A DNA stretch of 64,000 nt from Epiperipatus broadwayi. Its lineage: Eukaryota; Animalia; Onychophora. The translations under genes were made by a program, and so were the position numbers. The notes under the pieces are model-generated. The model was not told the origin of the DNA. It did not search any database and saw nothing but the letters and a program-made list of their open reading frames with translations. Position 1 is the stretch's first letter, and the number at the start of each line of letters is the position of its first letter. Shown piece after piece: positions 27,416 to 41,999 of the stretch. The stretch covers positions 7,874,001 through 7,938,000 of the forward strand of contig JAQFVV010000003.1 in NCBI GenBank assembly GCA_028023455.1. The letters run 5' to 3'.

Positions 27416-29081
27416 ACTGGACAAACAATTAAAGAAAAAAAAATGTTTTAATAAAGTAACTTTTGACACACAATACTGAAGTTTTCAAACATTTTAAGTT
27501 TGTTTATAATTTTCCTCATTAAAATAGATATCCACTCCACTTTATTTTAGACGCACATTTATATACCATAATTCATTATCAAAATTCATATCTACTTATT
27601 TCTTTTTTAATTTTGAATTACCTGGCCAATATGTATCATGGTTTTTTTTTTCAAAATTATTAATGCATCTCATGCCTTTATATGAAGAACATTCACATTT
27701 TTAATTATTCTCATTTGATTTTTTGATTTTTATCTCATCTCAAATTTTCAACTGACTATAATTTCGTTTCTCATGATTATAATATAAATTATTATTACTG
27801 TACATAATTAATTATGTATTCCGAAATTATTATATGATGTGACATAAAATGGCTTTTTCTTAGGCAGTCAGAAGTTTTTAAATATAAACCATATATGTAT
27901 TTAGAGAACCGTATTATCAAATTAAATATTCTTTCTCTCTCTGAAATTTGTTATATACCAATATAACATACTTATTTATACCTTGCATTTACTTTTTACC
28001 AGAATCTTCACAGTACTTTTTTAAATTTTGAATCAACTTTAATAAAGGCTGTTTCCTTAGATATAATAATCTATTAAAACATAAACTGCAATAAAACACA
28101 ATGTATTGAGTAAAATATAAATCAGTATAACACATCTACTTCCATTAACCATTGAAGAGTTAAAAATGCTATCTAACACTTTCTTACTATCTATGCAAAA
28201 ACAAAACAGTTCTGCACTAATGAATGGTAAAATGATTTATATATGTATTCTATTTATATAATAAGTGTACCTTATATTTCATTTCAAAGACACAAATATT
28301 GGATGCACAAGTGGTGTGGAATTCATTATAAATAGAATATGAAAGCATCGTGTGTATTCAACTCAATGGAATATTCCAAATGCAAATAATTCAGATTTAT
28401 ACTCCCAAAATTTATTCTGATAAAAATGATTGAAATATTTTAATGCTAAAAGTGAAAAATATTTGAGATGATATACAGACTAGTTAAAATTCTGCTGGAA
28501 AAAAGTGAGCCTTTTGAATTATTTATTTTAGGAAAATCCAAAGAGAAAATAGACATAAAAGCATTTAAATGAGACATAATAGAGTTAGATTATATTTTGA
28601 TCATCAGAAAATATATGTTTTAGTACTGTTATATGTATAAACTGATTATCAACTAGTGAGATATGAATGCATGAGTTAAAATAAAAATAGGCCAACAAAA
28701 AATATTAACATCACATGATCTGGAGAGTTTTGCCTGTTTTAAAAAATATTAAGAAAAGCAGTATTTACCAAACTTCAAAATTATTTCAGGATATTTAAAC
28801 TAGGACTTATAAATCATTTTAAAATATCAACAAACTTTAAAGATGTCTAAGATTTGAATAAGATCAAGATGAAGATATTAAATATTTTATTAATAGGAAT
28901 CTTACAGATAGAATCAAAAAATAGCAATTTGTCTATATTTTTTTTACTAAGGCAACCCAATATATATATATATAATAATAAATTAAGTTTGATGTCTGTA
29001 TTCGTTCCACAATATATATAATATACAAATCAATATATATATATCAAAATACAGTATAATTTACATAAATTATATTATTTT

Positions 29082-29124
29082 TAGAAGTACTTTCGACTAT
29101 ACATTTTGTAGTCTTTATCAACTA
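29082..29124 (-). ncRNA. Minimal type I HHR with U3-A8 core (family U)
   Basis: UAG UUGAUAA A GACUA CAAAAUGUA UAGUC GAAA GUAC UU/CUA: 5-bp stem II, palindromic AGUACU stem III, 3-bp stem I. Confidence 0.7.
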
Positions 29125-29700
29125 TATAACATTGAATAATCAAAACGAGACAACCTTTAACAATACCCATAGTTTAATTCAGATTTCCCACAATTCTGTT
29201 ATCTTAACATTTGATGACTGGTGATTCATTAACATTTGACGATTTCTTGAAATCAACATAGCCTCTTTTATTTTATGTTTATTATGATTCAATTTGAATA
29301 ATTTTTATATTTTTATAATCAAATTTAAATCCAAATTGACAAGATTTATTATGATCAAATATAACAAATGATGAAAATTTATTTACATCTATTTCAGATT
29401 GTTTCTCTTTTTGAATTCTATTATATAACTGTTACATACATCGGTAAAGCACTCCTTTAAAGTTGGGTACCATAGGTCTGCCTTTTAGGGCCACTGTAGT
29501 CTCTAATTTTTTACTACCCCAATTCTCCTTTTATATCCCACTTATATACCTGACTTCTGGAGTTCAAACAAAACTTCTCTAATTCCATCAATATCTCTTC
29601 TTATGTGGTCTGCTGAGTCCTTCACTAGTCCCTATGGGTTTTGATTAATCCCCAAATTCGACTTATAAGGTGAGGTATTTTGGTGGTAAATTTTACTTAA
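29082..29700 (-). mobile_element. Penelope-like element 3' fragment (GIY-YIG endonuclease remnant plus 3' HHR)
   Basis: The - strand reads KSGIYK (~29560), GRPMV..FK (~29470), FDYKNIKIIQIE...KIKEAMLI...MNHQ...W (~29180-29330). Confidence 0.6.
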
Positions 29701-30915
29701 ACCTTCACACCATGTAAGGTTATTTCTACATGACATTGTTACATTAATCTATAAAAATTTAGATAATTCCAATATTATTTAGTCATACAATTCTATACTT
29801 ATTTATGAATTCCTCTAATTTTACAATACTATTTACATAATAAATTTCAAACAATGCTAAACTAACTTGTCCGTGACACCACACTTGTGTTTACTTTTAA
29901 TTAACAAGGATTTGGAGCAGAACAAATTTAATCCTCCAAACTTTCTGATCCCCTTGAAGTATTTTTTTGATTACCTACTTCTCAAGATTCTAAATAGAGT
30001 TTCTTTTTATTTTTTTTATTTTACACATCCCTTGGCTTTATTTTTATTTACTTCTTGATTTTTTTTTCTGATAATGATTGAATTTTTTTCTACATATCTA
30101 TGAAATTATTTTATTCTTGATACATCCCATAAGTTTTTTGTACTTCTCATTCTTTATTTTATATTTTTTCAATTACCATTTCGATTCAATCATTCTTATT
30201 TTCTTATATAATTCTATAAACACTTCTTCCTCTTCCTTAATTTTGCTTCTTCATATACGACAATATATCTTTTTAAAGTAATTACAATCTTCTTACACCT
30301 TTTAAGCAAAAAAAAAAAATTATTACTATAATTACAGTTTTGACTTCCTAGCAATCTTCTTCAGATCTCATTCTTATTTATTCTTAATTTTCATTTTTGA
30401 TTAACTGGTTTTTATTTTCACATGTAATGCTGGCATTATGATTGTTCGCTATATATTTATTGCTCAGAATATAGCATATATATATAGTCTTGGATTATCC
30501 TGTTCAAGGCCAACATTTTCGTTATTTATTACGATGTTTGAAGCGTGAATTTGAAACTTGGGTTAACTACTTTAGGCATATATGTAAAAGAAAATCATTA
30601 TATAAAGATACAAATAAAATTAACAAAAAGAATTTTTAAATATACTTATAACTATAAAATATCTATTTAAAAAAAAAAAAGAATTCATTAAGCAAATCAT
30701 TGTGTGACAATGTCTTAATTTTTATTTGGAAATTTAAAATTCCTTTTGTTTTTCCATGATCTCGTTTTTAATAGAATTTCACAGGTGTGTCAGTCTTTTA
30801 TCAGTTTCTAAGAGATTAAAGCGTAAATGAAACCGTGAAATGTAAATATGTGTTTCTAATTTATACCAGGATTTTTAAAAAAAATTCCTTAGTGTAAGAT
30901 CAGACTTCTTAAGAC

Positions 30916-30972
30916 ATGATTTTTTTTACAATAGCCTTTCTGTTGATAACCATTGCATTCGTAAAAGTACAG
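30916..30972 (+). CDS. SRCR-ZP gene, coding exon 1: signal peptide MIFFTIAFLLITIAFVKVQ
   Basis: ATG preceded by an in-frame TAA (30910); hydrophobic 19-mer; strong donor CAG|GTATGT. Phase 0 matches the SRCR exon, giving a VQC-ND cleavage site. The link across the 16.9-kb intron is inferred. Confidence 0.7.
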
Positions 30973-31959
30973 GTATGTTTCAAACACTTTATATGTAATA
31001 TATAATTTTTTTTTAAAAAATACATTTGCTAAAGATTTCATCTATTTTAGATATTATGTTTATAAAAATGAGTGACAATGGCATATAAGTAAGTGCAAAC
31101 TATTCGACATAAATAGTCTATCAGTGAGTCAAAAGTTTTCAACATATTTTCATGTGGAGCAAGAATTACCGTAATTCATTATACTTTTAGTCGACTATCA
31201 TTTGGTAGAGTTTGTATTTTTTCTTTTTAATTTTATACTTCAAATAAGAATAGCTAAATAATATTAATCAATATTGAACATTGAGTTATCTTATGATGTA
31301 ATAATTAGAGTAAGAGCCTGTATACATTAACCCGAGTTCAAGTGTATAATATTTTTTGGATATATATATATTATCTAATAACTATTTCCAAAAAAAAAAT
31401 TTTCCCCAAGACATTTGGCTTAAAACTAACTTGACAAATCAATTGGCTCATAACTAATATTAAGTCATCCCATAAAATATAAGAAAACGTTTTAAATAGC
31501 CCATGTAGGTTAACTGCTTCTCTAGTAATTCTTTCCCAAATGAACACTAAAAAAAACGATCACTTAGCTAATCGAGTTCTAATTGATGTGAAGTTTTTAT
31601 GTATTTACTCCATTGTTTTACAATTTAGGTTAAATTTTATCCTGATATCTATTTATTGATCAATAATTTTATCTGAAAAAAAAAATCATATTCATTTGAA
31701 ATTTTTCAATTACTTGCAGTCATTGTTAAATGGGTACCTTGATATTATTATCAGTAGAATAAAACTCTTAAGTAAATAAGGATTGTTCAGAAAAGTTTCA
31801 ATGCTTGACCACAAGAAAAAAATGGTACAGATGTTATCAACATTATATAAGTATTGAGCTTTTTTGGAAACAAATATTATATAAAAAGTATTCTGGTTTC
31901 ATTCAGGATTTGGATTCCAGGCCATAAGAAAATCAAATCAATATACTTAATAGATATCA

Positions 31960-32590
31960 TTAGAGGGGATTTGAACTTTAAACTCTCTTCAGTCATCCAT
32001 GCCATCATATACAACTGGAGTGATGACTGAAGGGTGCTTGAAAGTCTGGGCGCAAATCCCCTCCAATTATCTCTAGCTTAAGTATATATATAATACTTGT
32101 ATTTAAGTATTACAGATTCAGCTTACATTCTGCTCATCCCCTTCTGTGTATTTAAATAGTCTTAAGATCTTACATATGAGGGGTCAGAATGACAGTTAAC
32201 ATGGGTATGATAATAAAATTGGCAAACAAGAGCTTTGATCATGCCATCATTAATGAGATGTTTAATGATATGGATGGCTGAAGAGTTGGAGAGTGGAGAA
32301 GATTGAAGCCTGTCTATTAAAGTTTGGAGCTTTGTTATCTTAATATAAACTAAGCATCGATTGTATATGTGTGTGTGAGGTGATCATCTGGACTAACTGA
32401 CGAGTGTTGCTTCAGCATGAATTACATATATTGGAGGTCATTTATTTTTCATATGTATGTGGTCATGTGTATCGGTTGTATAAGATGGAGTTGATGCCTG
32501 AAGGAAGCTTAAAAGTCTGGGTTAAAATCCCCTCTAATTATATCTAGCATAAGTATATACACTATACTTGTATTTAAGTATTAATAAATA
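31960..32590. mobile_element. Family R fold-back locus (~55-bp antisense arm plus ~1.2 sense units; HHR at 32393-32434)
   Basis: aaatcccct..aattat.tctagc.taagtatata recurs at ~32055 and ~32526 (~471-bp period). HHR reads CUAA CUGACGA G UGUUG CUU CAGCA U GAAU UACAUA UA UUGG. Confidence 0.85.
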
Positions 32591-32974
32591 TTAATATATT
32601 TTGGATTGTAATACTTGTATTGTTAGTTGTTATCACTTTTAAAGTTGGGGATATCATTATAATCAGAATATTATCAATATTAGGTAGAAATATTTGAAAA
32701 AAATTGTTAACCTGATATGTCCCAAGGGTATTGATTTGATACCAGTCTGGAGAGCATCAGTAATTTGACATAAACTTAAGACAAGTCTAGTAATAAAAAC
32801 AATTTATTTAGCAATAATAATATTTAAAAATAAATAAATGGTAATTTCTTAAAAAATAAATGTAGTATCAATCATTGATCCTCTAGTTGTGTATTTAGCT
32901 TCTCACACTCAGAATAATATTATAACAACATTACGTGGTTGAATTATAAAGTGTTTTAGCATATTATATATATG

Positions 32975-33555
32975 TTCATCATCATCATCAACAACAACCA
33001 TTATCAATACACTGCAGGATGAAGGTCTCTCCAAGTTCAATCCATCTTCTCCGATCTTTAGCTTCTCTTCTACACATCACCTCTGCACCCTTTCTAATTT
33101 CATCCATTCATCTCACATGCAGTCTCTTTCTGGGTCTCTTACAATCTCTTGGAATTCGGTTTTGTCTATCTATTATCATCTCTTCTAGCAATATGTCCAG
33201 CCCAACTCTACTTCAGTCTTTTAATTTTTTCAATGAGGCCAGCAACAACTGTTTGTTCTCTTACGCATATATTGTGTTTTCGATCTCTTCTTGTTACTCC
33301 CAACATGCATCTCTCCATACTTCTTTGAATGGTCTGAAGTCTCTGTATTGCTTTTCTATTAAGTGTCCAAGTCTCAGATTCATAAGTAAGAACTGGTAAA
33401 ACACATTTATTAAAAATCTTCCTTTTCAAACACATAGGCATATTTCCTTTTAGTATCAAGTTATTTCTACCAAAAGCACTCCAACCAAGTTTAATTCTAT
33501 GATTAATTTCATCCATTATGTTTCCATCTGTATTAATAATCTGACCAAGGTATTT
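32975..33555 (-). mobile_element. RTE-clade LINE 3' fragment
   Basis: ORF 33208-33516 HRIKLGWSAFG...KRKIFNKCVLPVLTYESETWTL...QRSMERCMLG; (TGA/TGT)n tail at ~32977-32998. Confidence 0.85.
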
Positions 33556-34389
33556 TCTTTAACAAACAATACTATTACTTCTGCAAATGAAATATTCTCT
33601 TTCAATGTTTTTTTTTATGATTACCTAGGACACTGGCATTAATTTAGCCATCATGCTGCTATTATCTTCTTATTGCTTTTTTTCTGCTTGCTTTTTATTT
33701 TAAACTGAGGTTTTTTAATATGTCTGACCTATTTTTATATGTAGATTTTTCTAGAATAAAGTAAAAACAATAATTACAAAATTATCTTTATTTACAATCT
33801 ATATAAAATAAACATAAACTTTCCAATCCTCCCCTTACTCTAAAAATATTGCCTTCAATCACATATGTTGTTCATAAATTTAGCATGTGGTATATGTATA
33901 CATGCCTTTTGGGGGAGAAGTCTTTCTTTTCCCTCATTTGAAGTAGTGTGTTCTTGCTCAATTATTTGATCTATATTGTGATCATTTATTTTCACTTGAT
34001 TTCTGTCATTTTTTAATTCAGCAAACAAAGTATTTTTTTCCCTTCACTTCTTCTATATCCAAATTTTTATTCCTTGCTAAATTACTATCCTAAGCATCAA
34101 CAAATAATTCATTTGGATAAAGACATAAATGATTTACACGTCTTATTTTTTTTTTCCATTTTCCAGCTTTATCAGTCATAATTGCCTTGACAATATTTGC
34201 AATATTACTTCTGGCATTTATTTCTTTTTTAATGTGTTAAATATCTATCTACATGCTCTGTCCAATATTTACCAATGAATTTGAGTTATAATTATGTTTT
34301 GAATTTGTAGATTATAACAAAACATTTGATTCTATATTTCCACCGTGATTAAAACTTTGGGTCATTAAGGTATAGACCAAAGATATTGC

Positions 34390-35235
34390 CATAATCTGAA
34401 GAATATTTATCACAATGTGATAGCAATGATTAGATTACATGGTGACACAAAGAATATTAACATTAGTAAAGATGTATGTCAGTGTGATTCCATATCTCCA
34501 AAAGTTTTGCAGCAATTTTAGATAAAGTATTTTGTAGATTAAAGTGGACAGCTAAGGGAATAAACTCATCTAGATTTTGCAAATGATACCATTGTTTTTG
34601 CAAATAATGCTTCAGAGCTTCAGGAAATGTTGCAAGAGTTATCAGATGTAAGCAGGAAAAGAAGAAAGTAAAAATTGACCATTATGAATTGTAACAAGTT
34701 AACAATTACAAATACCTTGATCAGATTATTACTGCAGATAGAATCGTAATAGGTAAAATTAATCATAGAATTAAATTTGGATGTCATGTTTTTGGTAGAA
34801 ATAATTTAATGTTAAGAGAGAATGTGCTTATATGTTTGAAAAAAGTTTTTGATAAATGTGTTTTTCCAGTTCTTACACATGAATCTGAAACTTGGACATT
34901 TAACACAAAAGTTATTCAAAATATCAGACCACTCAACCAAGTATGGAAAGATGTATGTTAAGAGTAATAATAAAGGATCAAATCCAATAGTTGGTTAGTA
35001 GAACAAAAATGTGGCATGATTGACATTATTGAAAGAATTAAAAGACTGGAATGAAGCTGGGATGGACAGTTGAAGACTGAATCCTAATAAACTATAAAAG
35101 AATTTAAAATGGACCATATGTGAAAGATCTATGAAATAAGGAAATTTATTGATGTGATGTGGAGTAGAGAAGGTATTGATTGAAGAAAGTGGATTAAGCT
35201 TAGAGAGACTTTATTTTCTGTAGTGGATTAATAGT
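34390..35235 (+). mobile_element. RTE-clade LINE fragment (RT domains 4-7 plus C-terminus), same family as 32975-33555
   Basis: DSISPK..., HLDFANDTIVFANNASELQEML, NHRIKFG, KCVFPVLTHESETWT, in broken frames. Confidence 0.8.
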
Positions 35236-35639
35236 TAAAAGTCTGTGATAAAGTTAATGATAAAAAATATTCATATATTAATTATATGTAATAAAAACAT
35301 ACATCAAATTATATATTAATTTACATTAGTGATATATTTTAAGCTATTATTGTTTTAAGTGATTTATCCCTATAATATTTAAAGTTTTTTAATTCAAAGA
35401 TAAATTGTTAAATAATTTAGAATTAGTCGTTTCTTATTCTTATCCCATATTTTTTGTAAGATTTTTCAACTATGTCTGATTCTGTTTTTCTAAGAGACAT
35501 TTTTACAAAAGGTTTTGTAAAGTATTATAAAAAAAAATTGTTTCTATAATTATATATTCAAACATCAAATAATAAACACTTTTATAATTTTTTTTTTTTA
35601 TATATATAATTTTCTTTTATTATATTAACTATTAGTATA

Positions 35640-37140
35640 TACAAGCGCTTTAAAACGCTGGTTGAAGAAGTTGTTAATAACAAACAATCAAAATGAATTA
35701 ATCCAGGCTAAGTGCTTTGGAGGTGTTATCCTTCATAATCATAGCCAAAATAGTAATAGTTGTTGTGATATTATTAGATGGTAATATATGCAAATGTATA
35801 TGTAAATTAATTGGCTTGTCTATTTTTTTGGAGATAGCGAAGCATGTGTCACGTCTATTAATTGCATTATTGTCATTGATGATAAAATAGCTTCTTTTAT
35901 CTTCATTTTGCAGTCGTTAGTTTCAGTACACACAATTTTTGGGTTGAAGGGTTTGAACCTATGACTGACTTGCTTCTCATGTTTGAGGAATATTGAAATG
36001 TTGTCATTGTTCTTTTGCACTCTCCTGCATGCGTATATATGTTGAGTGGCTCTATTATTGATAGTGACCTTTGTTCCCCCATAATATACAGCGCTGCATA
36101 TGGCCTAAGGGCATAAAATTCTATATACAACCTTGGGCATTTGGGTTGGGTCAATATTGTTATTTGCATTGTTGATTAGTTTGTTTGAGTTGGGGGTGTG
36201 TGAAAACCAACTTTAAATTCATTAGATAAAGTTTTAACAAGCTATTTAGCTACTCTGGGATGTATGGAAGGGTGATTTGAGGTTTGTCTTTAGTTGTATT
36301 GTTAGCTGTTGACTTTTTATAAAAAATTGGTCAATCTTTTTGGTAATTGATCTGTAGTTAAAGCCTACGCTTAATAGATCTTTGATATAGCTTGACATAT
36401 TAGCCTTCTTATCAGCTTCGAACTTGCATCAATGTAGATGCATTTATACCTGTGAATTTATGTGAAGTAGGTGAATTAGAGTTTGGATGGGTGAATCCTC
36501 TAACCTCAAGTGGTTTGATGGTCATGCAATAATTCAGCACTATGCCATCTTTATGTACTAGTAAATCCAAATATTTTAGTTTCTATACTTCATTTTCCCA
36601 GGTGGTATTAACAATTAATTTAGTTTGTAGCTGTATCTCATTTTGAATGTTCATAATTGTATTTCTTGGGGCTGCAATGAACTCATCATCACCATAATGA
36701 TACTATATTAGTCCAGGGGATATTAGCATGGTATTTAGACACAATTTGTTTTTGAAGAAATTAAAAAAATATGCTTGAGATTATTCCACTTAATAGTAGA
36801 CCCATAGGCCAACCATTTTTCATGCCATACCATTTATCCTCAAACGTTGTAAAAATGTGATTGTCTAACCATGCAAGGAAGGCTAGGATGAAGTTTATGT
36901 ATCCAGCTGGACAATAATTATTTATTAATTCTTTGTGAACAATGTTGATTGACTTCTTTCTATTTATCGATCCGTATAATTCTGTTACATCCATGACTGC
37001 AATTTCAGTCATCATCTATTTCAGTATTCTTAATTTTTCCAACAAATTCAAAGGAATACTTAATATTTTTCTCAGTAATATTAGTCTTTTAATATTAGAA
37101 TAGCTAGCATTAAACTGTTATTCCATATCTTAATAAAGAT
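35640..37140 (-). mobile_element. Degenerate Penelope-like element (RT, GIY-YIG, 3' HHR)
   Basis: PLE RT motifs MDVTELYGSI...FEDKWYGMKNGWPMGLLLSGII (36761-37015) and YGDD (~36690); EN C-terminus HRFKPFNPKIV...KMKIKEAI (35820-36020); HHR at 35706-35746. Confidence 0.78.
35706..35746 (-). ncRNA. Decayed HHR, family T (A3-U8 core)
   Basis: GGCU AUGAUUA U GAAGG AUAACA CCUC CAAA GCAC UU AGCC. Confidence 0.55.
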
Positions 37141-38289
37141 GCACACAAAGATTTATAAATAATAACAATTCTACAAGAGAAATTATCACTGATTTTGTAA
37201 AAATGATATAAAATATTTAAATTTATTAATTAGCATGCTAATATGGTATTTCCAAGACATTGTGGTATCTGTTATCATTCCAAAATATCTAATATTTATC
37301 TATTCTGTATTTATTATCATTATGTGTTATATTGTTGTTATATATGCAGTCATTTAAAAGTAATATTTTTATATTTCATGTGAGGAGAACACATAATATA
37401 TATATATAAATTCTTTTGTTAAAGCACCAAAGGACTATTTTGTTAAAGCTTTATTGACAATAAAATTGTAGAAGAATTAAAAGAAAAATGCTCATCTCTC
37501 TTATATTAAAAAAAAGATTTGTTCATTAATTATGAATTTATTAATTTAGAGTCTCCACTATTTTGATTATTTAATTTGATTAATGACAATAAGAATTTTC
37601 ACATAATGATTCAATAAGATATGTTTAGATGCATTATAGCATCAACAATGTTTTGTTTTATTTAAAGAATAAATATTATTTTTGTATAAAAAGTTTAAGA
37701 TTATTAATAATTAAGATACAATTTTAAATACATATTTATCAAACTCTAAAATTTTTTGACAATTTTGTTAGCAATAACATATATGTTTTCTTTGATATAT
37801 CTATTTATCAAATCAATCTTTTGATGCAATATCTTCATATAAAAATTCAGAAATAAATAATTTAAACTTCAGTCTAAGAATTAGGATACTAGGAGAAAAT
37901 GTAGTTTTTTTTCTTATCTTTATTGTAGGATAATTCAAATAATTGATATTTAGAATGGTTCCTTTATTAAATAGTTTATATTGATGAGAGTGTAATGATA
38001 AAGTTATTCTATCTCTCTAAAACTTTTTTAGAAGTTTTAAGAGAAGAATTTTGTGATTAAATAAGAATATAAGAAAATAAAAATAAATAGGAATCATTGT
38101 AATCATCTAGATTTTGCACTGATCTGGTTGTTTTCACTTGAAATCAAAACTTAAACAAAAATTACAAGTTATCAGATAAAGGCAAATTAAGAATATTAAA
38201 GACAAGTGATTAAAAGACTAACATTTAATGGCTTTTCAAAAAAGAAACAAATATAGATTTAATATTAATAAAGGAGGTGTACTACATCT

Positions 38290-38550
38290 AAATTATCCAC
38301 CTGCCATTAATAGAAAAGACACGTCATGTTTCTCTATTTCTAAGAAGTGGTCAAGCTGATTGATCTTTTGATAATAAAATTGTTTTGCATATGAAGACTA
38401 ATTTGCATATATTAGTAAACATCAACTACACTACAATATTTATAATTCTTTGGCTATGAACATGAGATTAAAAGACCTTGAAAGCGCTTAGCCTGATATT
38501 TAATTATGATTTTTCTAACACAAACAAGAGTTTGAAGTGCAGTATAATTG
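38290..38550 (+). mobile_element. PLE 3'-end fragment (same family as 35640-37140) with decayed family T HHR at 38452-38493
   Basis: gccattaatagaaaagacac...atttgcatatatta...tttggctatga aligns to the PLE 3' end. Motif reads GGCU AUGAACA U GAG...CUU GAAA GCGC UU AGCC. Confidence 0.6.
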
Positions 38551-39904
38551 CTATTAATGAATTAGAAAAAGTCACCAACTACCAAATACATTGATCAGAT
38601 TATTAATACAGAAGAAAATGTAGTGGCTAAAATTAATCGTAGCATTAAATTTGTAAGAAATGCCTTTGTTAAAAATAGCAATAAAAGAAAATAAGTTTAT
38701 GTATTTAAAAAGAAATTTTTTAAATAAGATCCTTAATAGAAGATCAAAAGCAATATACATGAGTTAGATAATAAACAGATATTACTAACATTATCGAAAA
38801 AAATTAATTGCTGAAATGAATAGTGTAAAAAGAAATGATAATTTAAGAAAAATTGAAGTCTAATTGAAGTCTTAAACAGAACCTCAAAATGTTGTAAAAA
38901 AAATCTAGAAACAAATCTCATGTGAGATGGATAGATAAGGAAATTTTTCAGTGTTATGAAGATGCTATATATCAGAAAATCTGGATTAAATTAGTATAGA
39001 CCTTCAATATGCAGTAGACTGGTAATGAGTGAAAGTGATGATGGTTTACTTATAGAAACATTGGTGTTAGATGTTTCTTAATTTAAATGCATATCATTAA
39101 TAACTATAAGTTTAAAGATTTTTTAAAAAAAACAACAACTGATTTTTAAATCATTCCTAGAAGGCATTCTTTCTAACAGATTAATTTGAATTTAAATATA
39201 TTTAATTGTTGCTTCAGGTAAGCTTATACCTCAATAAAATCTGAAACAATGAAACTTTAATATTCAAGAATGCATTTTTTTAAAAAATAATGTAAATGCT
39301 TAGTTTTCAATTTCAAACTAATTGCTAAATAAATATGCAATATTTGTTGTTTAACCTTTTCTGGTTTTATTATTTATTTACAACAAATGATTAAACATAA
39401 ATTAGAAATAAAATATATAGTTTTGTTTTATGAAAAATATATATTAGACATAACTTCATTCATTTACCTATTATTAGATAGGTAACATCATATACATAGT
39501 CCACTACATCAGCCCCTCATAGAGAAACAGTAAAGAAAAAAGTTTGCCAATTGCTGTGTGGTGAATTTTTAAGTGTTTTTCCATCTTTGTTTTACCCTTC
39601 AAATAAGATAGCCAAATACACAATTAGTGACAAGTGGCATATTATCATTTGGGAAGAGTATGGACCAGTTATCTAAAAAAAAAAACTCTAAGCTTGTTGG
39701 AAAAAAATTAATTTTATATTTTCCAAATTTGAACTTAAGTCATAGACATGCACTATAAGTTCTTTGTCATCTATTATAGATTTTTAATAATCAATTGATA
39801 GAGGCTATGTATTGAAACATTAATGACTTTATAAATAAATGTAACACAGAAACTTCATTTTCTTCTCCACTCATCACACAATACTATGTAAGTATTATTT
39901 GTAT

Positions 39905-40700
39905 GTAATGATCACATCACATGATCACCATTTCTTATGCTTGCTCATAACTGTTATTAAAACAGGCAAAACTCTCCATACAGTAGTGCGACTCAGTGCA
40001 AGCCAGAGTAATCAATGGATGCCAGAAGACGTGCATAAAATTCCTATCTAGTGCCTATTCATCCAATATCCCCAGACTAGTTTCTAGCTTGTGGATTTCA
40101 TCAGTGAGGAGTTTTGGATCTGAGAGCACTGCACCTCGATCTTAGGATCTAATGCAAACCTCCAGCAGTCACCTTTTATCTCTATTTAACTTTACCAGTT
40201 AGGGATTTTATGCACAAGCCTTCTGGAATCCATTGAATACTCTGGCTTGCACTGAATGGCACTACTATATAGAGAATTTTGCCTGTTTTAATAATAATTA
40301 TGAGAAAGCATAAGAAATGGTGATCATGTGATGTTTAGTGATTTAACACCAATCCTGCCTAATAGGATAGTGGTGGATATGGTTATTAAAAATCAAAGAC
40401 ACCAAAATATATGGTACTGAACTGAGTTCAGACCTATATGACTACATAAGCTAATGAGCTTGGATTGAAAATATTATTGTGTTTTCAATTTTAAACTCAT
40501 AGTTTTGTAGTAAGATTCTAAGATCTAAGTGCAGTGCTCTCAAATCCAAAACTGTTCACTGTCAAAAGCCACAAGCTAGTAACTAGTATGAGGATATTGG
40601 ATGAGTAGGCACTAGATTGGGATTTTATGCACAAGCCATTGATTACACTGGTTTGCACTGAGTGGCACTACTACATGAAGAATTTTGCCTATTTTAATGT
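39905..40700. mobile_element. Family S hammerhead-bearing tandem repeat, head-to-head locus (~417-bp unit)
   Basis: Antisense arm 39905-40190 (HHR 40070-40109 on -); sense arm 40200-40700 (decayed HHR 40554-40593). gggattttatgcacaagcc occurs at ~40202 and ~40619. Confidence 0.85.
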
Positions 40701-41999
40701 GTGTAATGATAATAATATGATCCAATGACCACACACCCAATCATATTTTTCCAACATTTAGTTTTTATGGACTTGATAAACAGTAATAGGCAACTAACTG
40801 TTTCTGTAGTATGATATTTTATTCATATTATGCTGCCCAAATTAATGATTTGAAATTTTTCACACTCTAAAACTTTGATCTGTGGCCATCTTCTCATTCT
40901 TAAATATAAATTATCAGTTAATTCAATAATTGCAGTTGGCTTTTTCTTACTGAAGTACAGACAAGATGTTTTCTAGGGCTTTAAAGAAGCATCTACCCTA
41001 AAAATAATATAGCTGCCAATCAGGTAGAAATTAACAAAAAAAGGCTAGGTTAAATGTATCCTGCATTAATCTGCATATGGAGATCAGTGTACTTATCTAC
41101 AATTAATTAGATATCATGTCTATAGAAAGTAGAAATAGAAGAACAGAAAATTGTCAAAATAAAACAATGAAAATTGCGATTTTGCTATATTTTAGTTAAG
41201 TGATTAGATTAACTATAACTATACGAAAATTGTGTTTTTATTTTTTTAATTCTCGATAAAAATTGTGAAATTTGTGTTTTAATATTTTAATTATTGATGA
41301 AAATTATGATTTCGAAACGAATGGTAATATCCATATGTTGATAATAGATGTCATTTATCACCTGGATAAGTCAGCTGGGGTTTTGGTGGTTCTTAGAATT
41401 CAAAATGGCCATTAGCACATACTAAATCAGCACCCATAATTGTTACTTGGATTCCTTGAAGTCATAATAACTATAAAACTTCTGTATAAATTTATAAAAT
41501 AACTACAGGAATCTCAACTTTTAATAAAAAAAAATTACATACCATTTGGTATATCTTAATCTGACTGAACTGAACTTGATATATTCAAACTTATTATTAA
41601 ATTGTGAAGGGTTTTGTAATCTGATTGTTAAAAATAACAATGTTTAAAAATTACATTTATTAACCAATTATTAAAACTTATAATTACATAAATCATATTA
41701 TCTTAATAATATAAAAAAAATTTGTTACTTATATCATTGTTGCATATATGCCAGTATTTTAAATTACAAATTATAAATGAGTTTAAATTACAAATTATAA
41801 ATGAGTATAAAAAACTCTAGAATTGCACATATTTTTGTAGCAAGAAAGTATGTTTTAAGAATGATTAATGGTCTTTACAAGGATACTTTTTACAAATACT
41901 AATTGAGAGATATAGAATTAATAGCATATAAATTTGAAATTGGGTTGGAACAAGGATATTCCATTATTACTTTTATTTTGGAGAAGCATACATACATTT

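Noticed and set aside
32270-32320. Additional CUGAAGA...GAA motifs within R units
   Set aside because: No consistent stem I closure with a valid UH site across copies.
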